64,000 nt of DNA. Source: an uncultured delta proteobacterium. GTDB lineage: Bacteria > Desulfobacterota > BSN033 > UBA1163. Within the stretch, counting starts at the first letter, position 1; each line of letters begins with the position of its first letter. The notes below the pieces were generated by a model that saw only the letters and a list, made by a program, of their open reading frames with translations, searched no databases and was not told the origin of the DNA. Positions 60,784 through 64,000 of the stretch are shown here, piece after piece. Location: positions 1,501 to 65,500 of the forward strand of contig CAWEAV010000080.1 in NCBI GenBank assembly GCA_963806715.1, read 5' to 3'. The position numbers and the translations under genes are program-made.

Positions 60784-60805
60784 ATCAGATGTATAGACAT
60801 CTGAT
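60784..60805. promoter_or_regulatory. Candidate GntR(HutC-subfamily) operator upstream of the GntR gene
   Basis: This is a perfect 9-bp inverted repeat, ATCAGATGT-ATAG-ACATCTGAT. Its centre, GTATAGAC, fits the HutC-type GT-N-TA-N-AC consensus. It lies 14 nt before the ATG at 60819, and a TTGACA hexamer sits at 60747-60752. Confidence 0.5.
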
Positions 60806-60818
60806 AAAGGAAAATTAA

Positions 60819-61551
60819 ATGATCGTTAGACCTTCTTCTCTTTATATTTCCGTTAAGAATGAAATAGAGAAATTAATTAATTCGAACGAATTTAAGCCTG
60901 GTGATAAATTGCCATCGGAATTTGAGATGGCAAAAAAATACAATGTTAGCAGATTGACTCTTCGGGAGGCATTGAGATCTTTAGAAGAAGAAGGACTCTT
61001 GGCGAGAAAACAAGGCGTTGGGACTTTTATAAAAGCCACCTCACCAAGGATTAAAAGTATCTTAGACATTAATTATGGTGTAACTGAGATGATTTGGAAC
61101 ATGGGGTATCATCCTGGCACTAAAAAAATAGAGATTGGAGAGATTTTTGCTGATTCTAACACGGCAAAGTTGTTTAATATTAATAAGGATTCCAAGTTAA
61201 TTACCATCGAAAGAATACGCACAGCTGATGAAACGCCTGTCGTTTACTCTCTGGATATGATACCCCTCATGGGTCCTTCCAAATTTCAATGACTTAGGAG
61301 CACTGGGTGAATCTGTTTACGATTTTCTTGAAACCAAATGCAATGTTGTTTTCTCAAGCAGCATGGCGAGGCTGGTTCCAACAAAAGCAAATCGAAAACT
61401 TGCAACGAACCTAAATATAAAGGTGGCTTCCCCCTTACTCCATTTAGTTCAGGTGGATACGGACCAGGTCGGAAGGCCCGTTGTCTATTCGAGAGAGTAC
61501 TTTGTAAATGATTATTTTGATTTTGTCATTTATAGAAAACGAAAGAAATGA
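60819..61551 (+). pseudogene. GntR-family (HutC/UTRA type) transcriptional regulator, one frame interruption
   Basis: It has an N-terminal winged HTH (PSEFEMAKKYNVSRLTLREALRSLEEEGLLARKQGVGTFI). The UTRA-like C-part continues in another frame (61363-61551). The junction is near 61290. Confidence 0.8.
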
Positions 61552-61675
61552 ATCTGGATTTTGAGAAGAATGTAGCGATTTAGGCAATTTAAAATAAGTT
61601 GTTTAATGTTCATGAGCAGTTCACCTTTGGTCTTTACATTATCAGAAAGTGCGAAGGAAAAAGTGAGATGATATC

Positions 61676-62522
61676 ATGTCACAACTAGGCAAGCAAATCC
61701 GTATGCGGAGACTCATTTTAGAGGAGAGTAATTCTTGTGTCATTTGTGCTCTTGACCATGGAATGACTTCGCCGAAATTCTTGAATGGTTTGAACGACAC
61801 CAAGTTGCGTGCCCGTGAGGCAATAACAGGAGGAGCGAATGTGTCTCATGATGAGCCGTGGGTTTGCCAAGCGTTGTGCTGTTGAATTCCGGCGCTCCAC
61901 CTCGTTGGCTTTGATGCTCAGCGCGTCAGCGGCAGGTCGGCCCGACGGGGGCGTGATTACCCAGATTGGCACAGTGGCGGAGGCACTCCGCTTAGGGGCG
62001 GATGCGGTTGTCGTCTATACAGCTTTAGCCGGCGACAATGAGGATTGGATGATCTCTTACTTGTCAAAAGTGGGTGAAGTATGTGAAAGAGAAGGGATGC
62101 CACTAATTGCCGAGGCGGAATGGCCCAATGCGTACCAGACACTCGATAAATTTTCTACAGACCTGGGGACTGAATACTTGAAGCGGAATGCCCGCTTGTG
62201 TGTTGAACTGGGAGCCGACATCGTCAAGGTCAATTGGAGCGGAGATGCCAAATCATTTGGCGAAATCGTACAGGCCTGCGATGCACCTGTGGTGATTGCT
62301 GGAGGAACAATGATACCCGACGAAGAGTTGCTGTACCGGTTTGAAAAGGTTCGGGATGTCGGAGCCATTGGCTGTTCGGTCGGACGGAATATTTTCCAGC
62401 ACGAACACCCAGGGGCAATCACCCGTGCCATCTCACAGGATTTTCCACGAGAAGTGGAGTGCCAAAGAGACCATAATGAACTGAAGAGCACTCTAAAGGA
62501 TGCAACAGGAGAAGGCGGATGA
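61676..62522 (+). pseudogene. Class I aldolase of the DhnA/FbaB/LsrF family, one frame interruption
   Basis: ALDHGMTSP...GANV / LMMSRGFA...ADAVVVY...ADIVKVNWSG...PVVIAGG resembles DeoC/LacD-superfamily class I aldolases. The junction is near 61850. Confidence 0.65.
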
Positions 62523-63465
62523 AGGGAAGAGGGCTTTCAGCAAGGCCTGAACGGGTAGAATTACGGGTACCGGCCTCCACGTCAAACCTGGGGCCAGGAT
62601 TCGATGCCGATCGGTCTTGCCGTAAGCTTATACAGAATGAATTTTTGTTTGAAAGGCTTGAAACAGGGTTCGAAATTGTCATCGAAGGAGAGGGAAGCGA
62701 CGTATTCGAGCGTGGGCCTGAAAACCGTGCCTATCGAGGCTATCCGGCAGCCTCTGCAAAGTTTGGGAAATAGGGTATCTGGATTAAGAATCGTACAGCA
62801 CAATGCTATACCTTTAGCCCGTGGGCTAGGAGGAAGCGGTACTGCAGTATTGGCAGGCACAATTGCAGCCTTTTACTGTTCGCTGGGGTCGGACCGGAAA
62901 CGGTCACGGGTTCTTGATCAGTCCTTCACCATGGAAACGCATCCAGACAACATTACTCCATCTCTAGTAGGTGGGTTGACCGTTTCTATCATAGATGACG
63001 GACATGTGGATTACTAAAAATAATCCCTCCATCCAATCTGACAACGGTGATACTGATTCCTGATCGTGGTCTGGATACGGGTGAAGCTCGCAAGGTCGTT
63101 CCTCAGCAGTTTCTCGTGACGATATGATCTTCAATATCCGCGGGGCGGGCGATGATCATGGCAGCCTTGGCAACAGGTCAGTTGGACCATCTAGCTCTGG
63201 CGATGCGAGATCGGTTGCATCAACCCTATCGTTCACGATTAATGCCAGGGATGATGGATATATTCCAAGCGGCTCTGAATGCTGGTTCTCCAGGCGTCGC
63301 ATTAAGCGGTGCTGGCTCTGGTATCTTTGCCTTTGCCTATCCTACATAATGAAAAAGCCATTGGTGAGGCGATGAAAGCCACTGCGGCCCGATTTGGTAT
63401 GAAGGCCTACAACCTGTATCTGCCTATTGATCATTACTGGAGTAAAAATAGTCGATGTGTCCTGA
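62519..63465 (+). pseudogene. GHMP kinase, homoserine-kinase (ThrB)-like, several frame interruptions
   Basis: Readable segments: VELRVPASTSNLGPGFDA, NAIPLARGLGGSGTAVLAG, THPDNITPSLVGGL and ALSGAGSGIFAF. The terminal GVKIVDVS-stop is readable at 63442-63465. Confidence 0.7.
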
Positions 63466-63476
63466 GCGGAAGGCTT

Positions 63477-64000
63477 ATGACAATGACGAAAGTCAGACGG
63501 CCGGCCGATTTTAGCCATCACGATGGGAGATCCTGCCGGTATTGGACCTGAGATTGTTGTACGAGCGCTGAATCGGCACTCGGAAGTTATCAAATTTGCC
63601 GTCCTTTGATAGTGGGCGATGGATCCGTCATGCAAGCCACCTTGGAAGGATGGGATTATCCCTACGAGCTTCATTCCATGATGAACGTTTCTGAAGCTAC
63701 ATTTCGAATTTGGACAAATCGACTTGCTTGACCTGAAAAATGTCGATATGTCGCGATTGAAAAAGGCTCAAGTCAGCGCAATGGCCGGCAATGCGGCCTA
63801 TGAATATATCATCCGGGCAATCGACATGGCATTGACTAAGCAACGTTGACGCAATCGTCACATGTCCAATACACAAGGATGCTCTTAATCAGGCCGGCCA
63901 TCATTATCCTGGGCATACCGAGATTTTGGCTCATCACACGGGTACCAAGGAATTTGCGATGATGTTAATCGCCGGAGGATTGCGGGTAGTTCTGGTTACA
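63477..64000 (+). pseudogene. pdxA: PdxA-family 4-hydroxythreonine-4-phosphate dehydrogenase-like gene. The 3' end lies beyond the window, and there are several frame interruptions.
   Basis: ILAITMGDPAGIGPEIVVRAL and [29 protein letters not shown] are readable in different frames. Confidence 0.75.

Noticed and set aside
1-64000. tRNA, rRNA, tmRNA, RNase P or SRP RNA genes in the intergenic regions.
   Set aside because: I inspected each spacer longer than about 100 nt and saw no cloverleaf-compatible arms or conserved core sequences of these RNAs. Visual scanning is not exhaustive, so this should be confirmed with tRNAscan/Infernal.

Overview
This 64-kb window is chromosomal sequence from an anaerobic bacterium. 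Its redox gene content resembles sulfur- or sulfate-cycling Nitrospirota/Desulfobacterota-type organisms, but the taxon cannot be fixed from sequence alone.

Left third (1-21.6 kb):
- pstS (5' partial)-pstC-pstA-pstB-phoU, with arsC coupled to the phoU stop codon.
- A small AT-rich islet of zinc-finger and CBM48 ORFs, then an Nramp-like transporter.
- nlpD-like and pcm, mutS, argC, rplM-rpsI.
- An IS1380-like insertion, secD-secF, and an acyl-CoA synthetase.

Centre (21.8-39.2 kb, all on the + strand):
- An orphan gcvH-like gene.
- A NuoE/NuoF/NuoG-like NADH module.
- hdrC-hdrB and two hdrA-like genes, one carrying a GltD-like insertion.
- mvhD(flxD)-flxC-flxB-flxA-like genes.
- An intact FAD-oxidase/HdrD fusion.
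- Together these form an unusually large Hdr/Flx-type electron-bifurcation supercluster.

Right third (39.4-64 kb):
- An SfsA-DUF123 double-nuclease fusion with unknown neighbours.
- rluB-scpB-hfq-miaA, a GAF-HTH regulator, a QueG-like protein and mnmG.
- A Psr/Ttr-type molybdoenzyme operon (FeS, NrfD, Mo subunit) extended by an SPFH protein, a 12-haem cytochrome c, a small membrane protein and a GAF protein.
- A NarX/NarL-like pair whose kinase has two CxxCH motifs in its periplasmic domain.
- A crotonase.
- A GntR-aldolase-GHMP kinase-pdxA cluster.

The dominant cross-cutting observation is a very large number of reading-frame interruptions with a strongly uneven distribution. They are dense in pstB-phoU, 22.9-36.5 kb and 60.8-64 kb, and nearly absent elsewhere. 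The reconstructed proteins keep all their conserved cofactor motifs, and several junctions sit in homopolymer runs. I therefore treat most interruptions as probable consensus indel errors, though real recent decay is not excluded.

Two dispersed intergenic repeat families are present: GC-rich CCCTCACCC-type hairpins and AT-rich TTTGGTCATTG / GTCATTTGGTTA-type spacers. I found no rRNA, tRNA or CRISPR array.
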